DNA from: Verrucomicrobiota bacterium
Lineage (GTDB): Bacteria; Verrucomicrobiota; Verrucomicrobiia; Limisphaerales; SXQI01
DNA: 64,000 nucleotides
NCBI GenBank assembly: GCA_033762115.1
Contig: JANRLX010000093.1
Location: forward strand, 48,737-112,736
Reading direction: 5' to 3'
Shown: piece by piece, positions 47,601 through 56,284 of the stretch
How positions within the stretch are numbered: the first letter of the stretch is position 1
How the letters are laid out: every line of letters begins with the position of its first letter
Translations under genes and position numbers: made by a program
Notes under the pieces: generated by a model
The model's input: only the letters and a program-made list of their open reading frames with translations
The model's database searches: none
Told to the model about the DNA's origin: nothing

Positions 47601-50480
47601 GCTGCCTTCCATTTTTATCACTTGATAACTGTGCAGCCTCTCTCCTTCCACACTGAAAAGAACATGCCTGCCAGGTGATTCCGTGTGGATCATCACAGGC
47701 GCGATCTGGCCGCTTTTGAAGGTGTCCTTGTCTGCGAGAATTTGTAAACCACGATGATGATAGCCCAGTTCCACGGTTTCGGACGTGGCCACCCAAACTG
47801 TCGTTTCAGCACGGATCGGTCGTCCCGGCAAGTCGTCCACCTTCTCCTCACTGACCCATGTCGCACGGTAATATCCAATCCGTTCGGGCCTGAAATTCAC
47901 GGATGCTTCCCCGTTCGTGCCCGTCCGCAAATTGCGCGTCAAAATCTCTTCATGCTCATAGCCACGGAATTTTAACTGATACGGTTTCCCCGGCGTAATA
48001 ATCGGGAAAGTGGGTGCAGCCCGGCGCAATTGGTCCAGTTCCGTCCCTTTGATCTCCCGTCCCTCGGGACTCATCCAGATCTCATACCAAAAATCCCGTG
48101 TGATCCGCACTCGACCATTAACCTGGACCGGCAGATCATTTGCATCCAGCGCCTTGAAATTGAAATTAACCTCATCCTGTGGCCGGTAAATGTGATGATC
48201 TGCGTGGGCATGCACATAGTAACTCTGTTGGGTCACCTTCACCTTGCCGCTGCCAATGATCTCCCGCCGTGACGAGTCTGTCACCCTGGCCTCTACCAGA
48301 TATTCGCGATCATGACTTTGATCCTGCGGAGTTCGAATCATGATTTTTGCCCGTCCCTGCGCATCAGTTTTAAGCGTTTCCTGTTGGATGACATTTCCAC
48401 GACCCCACCGCGGCTGCGGTGGATAAATACTTTCATAGAACCATTCGTATTGGCGTGAAGGGCGATAAATATGATAAAGAGGATTATCATAAACCATCAC
48501 CTGCACCGTCGCATTGGCTACTGCGCCGCCGAAATAATATTCGGCCTTGATCTCTGCCTCCACCACATCGCCCAACCGAAATATTTTTTTCCGTCCATTC
48601 TCCTCCGGTAAATCAACCGAAACTTTGAACTCGGGCAATTTATACTCCTCCAATCGAAACAATTGTGCTGAACCGATCTGCCTCCCCTTCTTCTCGGTGT
48701 AAAACAGGATGCTGTACTCGCCCAAGGGCATCTGTGGATTCAATTCAAGAGAGCCCCAGGCACTGCCAAACTCGTTCAGTTCCACCGCTTGTTCCAGTAC
48801 CGTTGTTCCCCGCGGGTCTTTGATCTCGATTGCAAGTTTATCCCTGGAAGGGGTGGAAAATTTGCCCTCCCGCTGCAGTCGCGCGGTGAATTTCCACTGC
48901 ACTTTTTCTTCGGGTCGATAAGCCGGGCGGTCTGTGAACGCATAAATCCGCCATTCCGCTCCCTCGTTGCGATTCCAGTACTGGTTGAGCAGGGAAAAAG
49001 TTGGTCCCTTGCTTGTTTCTGCGCTGATGAAAAGCTCACGATGTGTTCCATTGGTGAATTGAAAATGAGCCAATCCATCGGCATTTGCCTCTTTCGCTCC
49101 TTTGCTCGAATGCCAGTTGCCTCCTGCTTCATGTCGTTCCCAATAATTGATTTTTGCGCCAGGCACAGGAACGCCGCTGTCTGCTTCGCACACGAACACC
49201 AACAATTCATTTGCCACCGATTTGGTGACCAGCATCACTTCTGTTACAAACAAAATATCCTGGGCTTTGTTTCCGTCCGCTTCGGCTACAATCAGGTAGG
49301 CGCCACGTTCAAGTTTTCGATCAATTTTTAAAGTTTTCGACCCTGGCTTATATTCGTTTTTGTCCTCGGTCTGGAACGTCCAGGCATGCACCTTTTCCTG
49401 TGGGCGCGGTACCACCTCTTGGGCCAAACTGGAGACACTGGTGTTCGGCCCCAGTTTTAAGTCTTCAGATAAATTGATTTTATAGAGTGTCAGGTTGATG
49501 GACTGCACATTGCGCCAGTTCAGGCTCACTTCAGCTTCCTGCCCGGGTGTGAGCATGTTCCAGCTGCTGACGTGGAGAGTTACTGAAGTGATCGCTTCGA
49601 TTTCCCCCAGAGCACGATCATAGTATGGTGTCTCTCCTTTTTTGAACTCGCTGAGAAGCTGTCGATAAAGTTCGAGTGCTTTTTTATAATCCGGCTCGAT
49701 TCTGTAATTTCCGGAGAGATCAAGGCTGATTTTGCCATAGCTCGCTACATATTGAGCATACTGGAATATCGCATCATCATACCATCCGGTGTTCTTGCCT
49801 CGTTTCAGGGCGGCTTCAAAATATGCCCGGAGCTTCGAGTGGCGGTCCCAGCGACCTCCTTCGCTTTGGAATCGGACTGCCAGTAAATAATTGAAAAGGG
49901 CCTTATCCTGGTCGGAAACGGCGATCTGGAGCGTGTTCTCAAGCACCTCAACCGGGATGATATAGGCCAGTTGCTGCCATTGCATGCCTGGATCTGAACG
50001 CGCAATCGAGCGAACAATATCCAGATACTCTTCACGAGCGGTCTCAATTTCGGGAGATCGCGCCCACCATTCCAACGCTTGTTCGTAATGCGGCCATGCG
50101 TTTCCCCAATTATTGCGGCTTCGCGCTGCCCACCAATAATCCCCAAGGGATCGATGCACCGCTGCATAAAAAGCATTCTGGTCATCGGAACGGGTGACAT
50201 CCCGCACCAGTTTTTCCAATATTGTTCGTGCTTCATCGGACTTGCTGCTGTCCGGGTTATTGCTGGCTACGTCGGCGCGCCAAAGCGAATCCGCGGCGCG
50301 GAAAATCAATTCCCGGTTGTCAGGTTGCAGCGCAAGGAGTGCCGAGTATTGCTCATGCGCTTTCGCGAAAGATTGTTCCTTGAATAACCTGTCGGCTTCT
50401 TCCTTCGTTGCCGCGTTCAACCCGGACCCACCGAGCAGAATCAAGATAAGTGCGATAAACCGGAGACATGTTACTTTCAT
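44691..50480 (-). CDS. Bacterial alpha-2-macroglobulin family protein (about 1929 aa) with an intact thioester motif and an N-terminal TPR-like extension
   Basis: The start is set at ATG 50480 (MKVTCLRFIALILILLGGSGLNA signal peptide). The first ~350 aa are helical and TPR-like. MG-domain repeats follow. The thioester 'FPYGCTEQTMSRF' has CTEQ at 46308-46319. A C-terminal receptor-binding-like domain is present. Confidence 0.9.
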   Translation of the reverse strand: MKVTCLRFIALILILLGGSGLNAATKEEADRLFKEQSFAKAHEQYSALLALQPDNRELIFRAADSLWRADVASNNPDSSKSDEARTILEKLVRDVTRSDDQNAFYAAVHRSLGDYWWAARSRNNWGNAWPHYEQALEWWARSPEIETAREEYLDIVRSIARSDPGMQWQQLAYIIPVEVLENTLQIAVSDQDKALFNYLLAVRFQSEGGRWDRHSKLRAYFEAALKRGKNTGWYDDAIFQYAQYVASYGKISLDLSGNYRIEPDYKKALELYRQLLSEFKKGETPYYDRALGEIEAITSVTLHVSSWNMLTPGQEAEVSLNWRNVQSINLTLYKINLSEDLKLGPNTSVSSLAQEVVPRPQEKVHAWTFQTEDKNEYKPGSKTLKIDRKLERGAYLIVAEADGNKAQDILFVTEVMLVTKSVANELLVFVCEADSGVPVPGAKINYWERHEAGGNWHSSKGAKEANADGLAHFQFTNGTHRELFISAETSKGPTFSLLNQYWNRNEGAEWRIYAFTDRPAYRPEEKVQWKFTARLQREGKFSTPSRDKLAIEIKDPRGTTVLEQAVELNEFGSAWGSLELNPQMPLGEYSILFYTEKKGRQIGSAQLFRLEEYKLPEFKVSVDLPEENGRKKIFRLGDVVEAEIKAEYYFGGAVANATVQVMVYDNPLYHIYRPSRQYEWFYESIYPPQPRWGRGNVIQQETLKTDAQGRAKIMIRTPQDQSHDREYLVEARVTDSSRREIIGSGKVKVTQQSYYVHAHADHHIYRPQDEVNFNFKALDANDLPVQVNGRVRITRDFWYEIWMSPEGREIKGTELDQLRRAAPTFPIITPGKPYQLKFRGYEHEEILTRNLRTGTNGEASVNFRPERIGYYRATWVSEEKVDDLPGRPIRAETTVWVATSETVELGYHHRGLQILADKDTFKSGQIAPVMIHTESPGRHVLFSVEGERLHSYQVIKMEGSTKLLQIPIGEEHVPNFYISGVMVNEKQVIQEQQTIVVPPEKQFAQVQLEPQQKQSQPQEKGRFKIRTLDHEGKPIPAEVALGVVDESVYSIQSDYAPDPRQFFFGQTRRQDVMTSSTLNHRRFQAIQERVEDELKEAYYFQEERLERSMHTRYGLLKDAAYPESELKLSRAVLNVAAAKQEAGQSMLNVLAADSAAAPGASNNEDPVQVRSDFRSTIFWEPAIRTDANGWADVTLIYPDSLTTWKATARVVAEGNRFGIAQTNTITQKPLIVRLQAPRFFVVGDSVTISAVVNNNTDEEFTVRPEIKIQGMNLPQPSRREPVTVPAHGEARVDWTVNPTKAGSVKIQMIGRSEKYSDAMEREYPIHEHGIEKFTALSGKLMTNELRTTFELPNARKPGTTSMRIHVTPSIAITMLDALPYLIDFPYGCTEQTMSRFLPAVIVAKTLRESGIKPEEVMGRAFGGIEPGATNKIHVKGKKDLRQLDEMVEKGLKRLEEFQHGDGGWGWWKDGESDHYMTAYVVWGLALCKEAGVSIPENRLAQALRYLTEEIVEEESRPDLQAWMLHAIAVATAGDTEIRKQPFVVTASNNLWEKRDQLNAYTRALFALAAHHLKQRDRSETLVRNLENGVKRDDPGKSRLLGNQAQEGAIQTAHWGSDGFWWRWSEGPIEATAFALKALLTIDPRNPLVTEVTNWMIKNRRGAQWSNTRDTAISIMALTDYLKVSGELDVDVEYSLIVNGEEITSLKIKGAELFTAPGTFEVPSALIKERNEIRLLRKSGISPLYYSVEAEYFSTEEPISPAGNELFVKREYFKLVGKPTLLKGYIYQREPLTDLGSVKSGDRVEVVLTVETKNDYEYLMFEDLKPAGFEAVQIRSGEMLYSRELKSSARQQSEAEENYTGRNRWVYQELRDRKVAMFIDKLPQGVWQIRYELRAETPGKFHALPLLGQAMYVPEIRSNSSELRVNVLEP

Positions 50481-50656
50481 ATCCTTTAGACGGATGAAAT
50501 CACAAAATGCTCCCGCTTCCTGGAAGAAAAGTAAATGGTTTGGAAACGTGACAAAGCGTGGGTTTTGAATATGAATAAGTGCATCTGAATTTTTGGTTGG
50601 GGATTGAGTCATTCCTTTGTAAACTTGATACTCCGACCACACTGCATAATGTAAGT

Positions 50657-53600
50657 ATGAGACGCATCTTTTTTCTCCTTATCGCTTTGGCGCTGGTTTC
50701 AGCACAGGGCTGGGCCCAGAATCAGCCACTCCGCATCTTTATTCGCGCGGGTGAAAAAACTCATGGTCCCAATCAGCATGACCACCCACGCTTTTTAAAG
50801 GAGTGGACCGAATTGCTGAACCAGCGTGGCGCCAAAACCACCGGCAAACTCGGTTTTCCTTCCGCCCAGGAACTGGAGAACACCGATGTGCTTGTCATGT
50901 ATGCTGCGGAAGGTGGAACAATCACTGGCGAAGATCGCAGCAACCTTGAAAAGTTTCTCAAACGGGGCGGTGGGATCGTTACCATTCATGATGCTGCCTG
51001 TGGCAGCGACCCGCATTGGTTCAAAACGGTCATCGGTGGCGCATGGGAGCATAAACACTCCAAATGGCTGGAAGGAGAGGTCGGTATTTACTTTATTAAT
51101 ACCGAACATCCGATCACCCGCGGATTTTCCAATTTCGATTTGAAGGATGAAATTTATTTCGACCTTCACATGATGCCGGAGGCCAAAGTTCTTGCCTCCT
51201 CATTTCATTCCGTCTTCGTCATCGCCCCTCAAGTCTGGACATATGAGAAGGAAAACTATCGTTCCTTTGTGACATTGCAGGGTCATGAATGGTCCACCTT
51301 CGAACTGCCCCATTTTCGCGCCCTCCTTCTTCGGGGTATTGCCTGGGCTGGGAAACGGGAGAATGTGGATTACCTTTGCAGCCAGGAGGAACTTAACAGC
51401 TTGAAATATCCAGTCGGGGGGCCTACCGCTCCTGAAAAGGCGGCTGAAAAAATGAACGTTCATCCTGAGTTCAATGTCAGCCTCGTGACTTCAGAACCGC
51501 AGGTGGAAAAGCCAATGTCCCTGGATTGGGATGCTCAAGGTCGCCTCTGGGTCGCTGAAACTCCCGAGTATCCAGGTGGCAGGCGGATCAATCCCAATGA
51601 TCGTCCTGTTGCAAAGTGGAACCTGAAAAATCCCGGCCTCGCAAATCAGGAAAAAGAGAATCGCCCTGGAAAGGACCGTATTTCCTATCTGGAAGACACC
51701 AATGGCGATGGGAGAATGGATAAGAAAACTGTGTTTTACGATGGCCTCGAACTCGTCACCAGCATGGTCTTTTACAAAGACGGCGTTATTGTCGCCCAGG
51801 CGCCTGATATTTTGTGGATACGAGACACCGACAAGGATGGTAAAGCTGACAAGGTCGAGACGCTCTACACCGGTTTTGGGACCATGGACACCCATGCGGT
51901 CATCAATAACTTCCGTCGTGGCATGGATGGCTGGGTTTATGGTGCAGTTGGCTACAGCGCAGGTGAACCTCGCTCGAGCGATGGGTCAAAGAATTTCGGG
52001 CGAATCAGTGCTGGGATTATTCGTTTCAAACCGGATGGAACTGCCGTGGAACAATATGCCTCGGGAAATTGCAATACGTGGGGATTCGATTTCAACTGGG
52101 ACGGCGAGGCATTCTTCACCACTGCGACCTGCGGTGAACATTTCCTTCATATTGTCATGCCGGAAAAGGCGCTTGCCCGTGGCAGTTTACCGGGGACTCG
52201 CGCGGCCCAATATATAGCTGACCACAACAAGGTGGTTCCTTCGGTCAAGCATACACGACCAGCTTATGTGCAAATTGATTGGGTGGGTGCCTTCACCGCA
52301 GCCGCTGGCTGCTGCATGTATACCGGTGGTGCATGGCCCGAGAAGTACAACAGCATGCATTTCTGTTCTGAACCCACCGTCAGCCTGGTTCATAATGATG
52401 TGATCAAGCCTTCCGGCGTCACCTACATCGCGAGCAAGGAAACCGGTCGCGAAGAAGCGGAATTCGTTGCCGCCTCTGATTTGTGGTTCCGGCCGATTCA
52501 CACTCGAGTGGGACCTGAAGGCGCTCTTTACGTTATTGATTTCTATAACCAGGCCGCGATTCACAATGATACCCGTGGTCCGGCACATGGCGCTGCCAAT
52601 GCAGCTGTTCGCCCCGACCGCGATCATCATTTTGGCCGGATTTGGAGATACCAGCACAAGGAGGCCAAAGCATTGCCTAAAGCTAACCTTACCAGCAACA
52701 AGCCTGCTGATTGGGTACAGGCGTTGACCCACGCCAATGGCCAGGTGCGAATGACTGCTCATCAGCTTCTGATCGATCATGGAGTAGGAAATGCCATTGG
52801 TGATCTTGAAAAATTGGTCATGAGCGGTTCGGTTCATGCCAAGATTCATGCCTTGTGGGTCTTAAGCGTCACCGGCAAATTGAAGACCGATCACTTGCTC
52901 GCAGCCACCAGGGACAAAGATGCGGCCGTTCGCAAGGCTGCTTTAAAAGTCCTTGCTGAGAATGATCAGGCAAATGGGGATCAGGGCAAAAAAGCGCTGA
53001 TGGCTTCACTAAAGGATGAGAACGCCCGGGTTCGCCTCAATGCATTGATTGCACTCGCTACCGTTGATCCGAGCGATGACGTAGCAGCGGCGATTGTAAC
53101 CGCTTATCCTGGCCTTCAGAACAAGCACATGGAATCCGCGGCCATTGGTGTTGCTTCCCGCGATCCGTTGCGTTTCCTCAAGGCATCCTTTAATGCAAAG
53201 GAAGTCGCAGATCTTTCCCCATTTGTTGCGGCTGTTACCCGCCATATTGCAGTCAAACAAAATGCCGACCAGGCAGCTGCGCTGGTTCAATTCCTTGCGG
53301 CCCAGGAAACTGAAAAAGATGCTCTAAAAATTGTTGCCCTGGAAGCGCTCGCGGCAACCCTGAAACCTGATCTGGCTCCTGACTGGAACAGCGACCTGCA
53401 AAATGCACTGAAAACACTTCTTGCTTCAAAGAGCTGGGGGCTGGCAGACGCGACATTGCCCTTGATCGCGCGCTGGGACCGTGAGAATAACCTCACCTCC
53501 TCCGTGCGCCCTGTCATCGCCCAACTTTCCGCCAAGCTGGCTGACAACGGTCTGGCTGACGCCCAACGGGCACAGGTTGCTATCAACCTTCTCGGGGTTC

Positions 53601-55678
53601 GGAAGATGGATTCCGAGATCGTTCCAACAGTCGCTCAAATACTTGGGGGCAACAGTTCGTTGGCTTTGCAAAAGCAGATCATTGAGGCCATGGGCAATGT
53701 GCAGGACCCTGCCATTGGTAATGAATTGGTCAGCGCCTATTCAAAGATCGCCCCGGAACTTCGTGAGGCAGCATTTGCCCAGATCATCAAGCGAAGTGAC
53801 TGGGCCAACGCTCTCCTGGATTCCATCCAGCAACGGAAGATCGAGCTCGTCACTCTTGGGCCTGCTTCATTGCATCGTTTGAAAACTCATGCTGACAAGG
53901 GGCTTGGCGCACGCGCCACGGAGGTTATTGAGGAAATTCGCGGTCCGGAAATGAAGGAAAAAAATGCGCTGATTGCAAAACTGGCGCCTGAGGTCGAGAA
54001 ACGTGGCGATTTGGATAAGGGCCACCAGATGTTCACTCAGAATTGTGCGAATTGCCATAAGTACAAAGGAGAAGGACGTGATGTCGCCCCGGACCTCACC
54101 GGCATGGGCGCACATGGCGCTTTGGATTTATTGGTTCATATCGTCGATCCAAACCGGGTTGTGGAACCAAACTTTGTCACTGTCACCATCGAAACAAAGG
54201 ATGACCTCACTTACGATGGAATTGTTGCCCGTGAAAACCAAAACATTGTGGTGCTTCGAAATGCCACGGGCGATTTTGAAATCCGCCAGGACAACATTAA
54301 AACCCGTCGTTCCACCGGCATTTCGCTGATGCCGAATGGTTTTGAAGCCCTTGGTGAAGAAGGTTTGCGGGATCTCCTCACTTATCTCATTGCTGATGAG
54401 AATAAATATCGCATCCTTGATCTCACGTCCGCGTTTACCGCGGATTCAACCAAAGGTCTGTTCAATTCTCGCGAAGCTGCCAATGAAACGTTGCGGTTTG
54501 CCCGATTTGGAATGGTCAAGGCCGGTGAAATTCCCTTCGAAATTGTCCCGCCAACAAAAACCAGTTCCGGCAACAACATCATCGTCCTCAAAGGTGGGAA
54601 CGGTTATGCCAAAACCATGCCGCAAAAAGTCGAGATCAACACCAACGTGAAAGCAGACAAGCTGCACTTCCTGGGCGGTGTTGGCGGATGGGCCTATCCA
54701 TGCTGTGGCGATAACAATCATGAGAATCTTCCAGTTGCCAAGGTCACCGTTCATTATGCCTCGGGTCAAACAGAAGAACTTATTCTCAAAAACGGGGTCG
54801 AGTTCGCAGATTACATTAACAAAATCGAAGTACCTGGTTCTACGGAACTGCCCGGTGTCGTACGTTACGGCCAAATCCGTTGGTTTACCAAGCCCTTGAA
54901 AACGGGCGGACAGATCAAGCAGATCACCATTGAGAGTTATGATAACTTTGTCGCTCCGACTTTTGTGTCAATCACGGCCGAAACCAGTGAAGGCGCACAT
55001 GGACAAGCCGCAACATCCGCTTCAGGGTCTGCTTCGAGCAAGTCTTTAACAAAAGTCCTGATCGTTGGTGGAGGAAGCAGCCATGATTTTAAACGTTGGT
55101 TTAATGAAGAGGATGTCAAAACCTTGAAGGAGGGCGGTCTCGATCCCACTTATACCGACAATACTGACATCGCTGAAAGGGTGAAGGAATTCAATGTCCT
55201 TTATCTTAATAACAATCAACCTTTCAAAGAAAAGTCCTCAAAAGAGGCTATATTCAATCATGTGGCTGAAGGAAAAGGGCTGCTGCTTGTCCACGCTGCT
55301 CTTTGGTACAGTTGGGGTGACTGGCCCGAGTATAATACCAAGCTCGTAGGCGGTGGAGCGCGCAGCCATGATAAATTCCAGGAGTTCGAAGTCTCCGTGA
55401 TCAAAGATCATCCGATCACCGCAGGTCTGCCGAAGACGTTCAAAATCACTGATGAACTCTACCATTTCAAATCAGATGCCCATGGATCTGAAAAGGAAGT
55501 AGTGATGGTGGGCAAGGAAATTGCCACTGGCAAAACTTACCCTGTTGCCTGGATCACGCAGCATGACAAAGCCAAAATCGTGTGCACCACTCTCGGTCAT
55601 GATGGCCAGGCCCATCAGCACGAAGCATTCAAAAAACTGCTCGTGAACAGTGCAAAATGGGTTGGCGGTCAGGACTGA
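50657..55678 (+). CDS. Giant secreted multidomain redox protein: ThuA-like, beta-propeller 'membrane-bound dehydrogenase' domain, HEAT repeats, c-type cytochrome domain, beta-sandwich, second ThuA-like domain
   Basis: The start is set at ATG 50657 (MRRIFFLLIALALVSAQGWA). The N-terminal ThuA-like region is 'LRIFIRAGEKTHGPNQHDH...GGGIVTIHDA'. The propeller region is 'LDWDAQGRLWVAETPEYPGG...DGKADK'. HEAT/armadillo repeats include DAAVRKAALKVL and NARVRLNALIAL. The heme-binding 'CANCH' lies at 54044-54058 with a distal 'SLMP'. The C-terminal ThuA-like region is 'KVLIVGGGSSHDF...LLLVHAALW...TLGHDGQAH'. The architecture matches the PVC-type dehydrogenase/heme-binding domain pair as I recall it. Confidence 0.8.
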   Translation: MRRIFFLLIALALVSAQGWAQNQPLRIFIRAGEKTHGPNQHDHPRFLKEWTELLNQRGAKTTGKLGFPSAQELENTDVLVMYAAEGGTITGEDRSNLEKFLKRGGGIVTIHDAACGSDPHWFKTVIGGAWEHKHSKWLEGEVGIYFINTEHPITRGFSNFDLKDEIYFDLHMMPEAKVLASSFHSVFVIAPQVWTYEKENYRSFVTLQGHEWSTFELPHFRALLLRGIAWAGKRENVDYLCSQEELNSLKYPVGGPTAPEKAAEKMNVHPEFNVSLVTSEPQVEKPMSLDWDAQGRLWVAETPEYPGGRRINPNDRPVAKWNLKNPGLANQEKENRPGKDRISYLEDTNGDGRMDKKTVFYDGLELVTSMVFYKDGVIVAQAPDILWIRDTDKDGKADKVETLYTGFGTMDTHAVINNFRRGMDGWVYGAVGYSAGEPRSSDGSKNFGRISAGIIRFKPDGTAVEQYASGNCNTWGFDFNWDGEAFFTTATCGEHFLHIVMPEKALARGSLPGTRAAQYIADHNKVVPSVKHTRPAYVQIDWVGAFTAAAGCCMYTGGAWPEKYNSMHFCSEPTVSLVHNDVIKPSGVTYIASKETGREEAEFVAASDLWFRPIHTRVGPEGALYVIDFYNQAAIHNDTRGPAHGAANAAVRPDRDHHFGRIWRYQHKEAKALPKANLTSNKPADWVQALTHANGQVRMTAHQLLIDHGVGNAIGDLEKLVMSGSVHAKIHALWVLSVTGKLKTDHLLAATRDKDAAVRKAALKVLAENDQANGDQGKKALMASLKDENARVRLNALIALATVDPSDDVAAAIVTAYPGLQNKHMESAAIGVASRDPLRFLKASFNAKEVADLSPFVAAVTRHIAVKQNADQAAALVQFLAAQETEKDALKIVALEALAATLKPDLAPDWNSDLQNALKTLLASKSWGLADATLPLIARWDRENNLTSSVRPVIAQLSAKLADNGLADAQRAQVAINLLGVRKMDSEIVPTVAQILGGNSSLALQKQIIEAMGNVQDPAIGNELVSAYSKIAPELREAAFAQIIKRSDWANALLDSIQQRKIELVTLGPASLHRLKTHADKGLGARATEVIEEIRGPEMKEKNALIAKLAPEVEKRGDLDKGHQMFTQNCANCHKYKGEGRDVAPDLTGMGAHGALDLLVHIVDPNRVVEPNFVTVTIETKDDLTYDGIVARENQNIVVLRNATGDFEIRQDNIKTRRSTGISLMPNGFEALGEEGLRDLLTYLIADENKYRILDLTSAFTADSTKGLFNSREAANETLRFARFGMVKAGEIPFEIVPPTKTSSGNNIIVLKGGNGYAKTMPQKVEINTNVKADKLHFLGGVGGWAYPCCGDNNHENLPVAKVTVHYASGQTEELILKNGVEFADYINKIEVPGSTELPGVVRYGQIRWFTKPLKTGGQIKQITIESYDNFVAPTFVSITAETSEGAHGQAATSASGSASSKSLTKVLIVGGGSSHDFKRWFNEEDVKTLKEGGLDPTYTDNTDIAERVKEFNVLYLNNNQPFKEKSSKEAIFNHVAEGKGLLLVHAALWYSWGDWPEYNTKLVGGGARSHDKFQEFEVSVIKDHPITAGLPKTFKITDELYHFKSDAHGSEKEVVMVGKEIATGKTYPVAWITQHDKAKIVCTTLGHDGQAHQHEAFKKLLVNSAKWVGGQD

Positions 55679-55699
55679 CAGTTATTCCAACTTTTATGC

Positions 55700-55730
55700 A
55701 CGGACAAGCTGCGGCTTGTCCGTTTTCTTT
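55700..55730 (+). terminator. Rho-independent terminator after the giant redox gene
   Basis: ACGGACAAGC-tgcg-GCTTGTCCGT followed by TTTCTTTT, 22 nt after the stop at 55678. It abuts the stop of the convergent rhomboid gene. Confidence 0.65.
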
Positions 55731-56284
55731 TAATCGTGTTGGAAACGCGCCACCAGAATACCTGCCACTGCCCCGCTAAAATGTCCTTCCCAGGACATGA
55801 ATCCCGTCTGCGGCAAGGCCCCGTAAAAAATCCCCCCGTAAACAATAAAAATAAAAATTCCCACCAGCGCGGGCAGCCATCCGCGCATGTAAATCCCTGC
55901 CACGATCAAATAAGCAACAAGTCCATAAATGATTCCACTGGCCCCGATATGAATGGCTGGTCGTCCAATCAGCCATGTGCCAAAGCCGCTTAAAATCCAA
56001 ATCAGTCCGAGGGTTTGATTAAAGCGGTATTTCGCATTGCTGGAAAGGAACAGCAGCATTACCAGGAGAGAACTCGCATTTGCCACCAAATGGGCAGCAT
56101 TGAAATGCAGCAGCGGCGAAAAAAGAACTCCCCGTAATCCAAGATAGGTGCGTGGCACAATTCCCCATGTGGCCAGCGCACGTCCGAGCAGGAGATCCAG
56201 GTAAAAAATAAAAAATAGCGAGCAAACCAGTATGATGGTCACTGCCAACGGATCGAAACTGCCCTTGCGCCGTTGCATAATCAT
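55730..56284 (-). CDS. Rhomboid-family intramembrane serine protease
   Basis: 184 aa with 6 TM helices. 'HFNAAHLVANA' (TM2 H/N), catalytic 'GASGIIYG' (GxSG) and 'EGHFSGAVAG' (catalytic His in TM6). ATGA overlap with the uvrA stop. Confidence 0.85.
   Translation of the reverse strand: MIMQRRKGSFDPLAVTIILVCSLFFIFYLDLLLGRALATWGIVPRTYLGLRGVLFSPLLHFNAAHLVANASSLLVMLLFLSSNAKYRFNQTLGLIWILSGFGTWLIGRPAIHIGASGIIYGLVAYLIVAGIYMRGWLPALVGIFIFIVYGGIFYGALPQTGFMSWEGHFSGAVAGILVARFQHD

Noticed and set aside
50481-50642. The N-terminal extension of the A2M ORF (start 50642), and similar extensions of the redox gene (50579), uvrA (59001), the response regulator (30162) and the TIGR03790-like gene (24861).
   Set aside because: In each case an internal Met immediately precedes a good signal peptide or the conserved family N-terminus. 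The extension has no features and would overlap neighbouring genes or promoter space.
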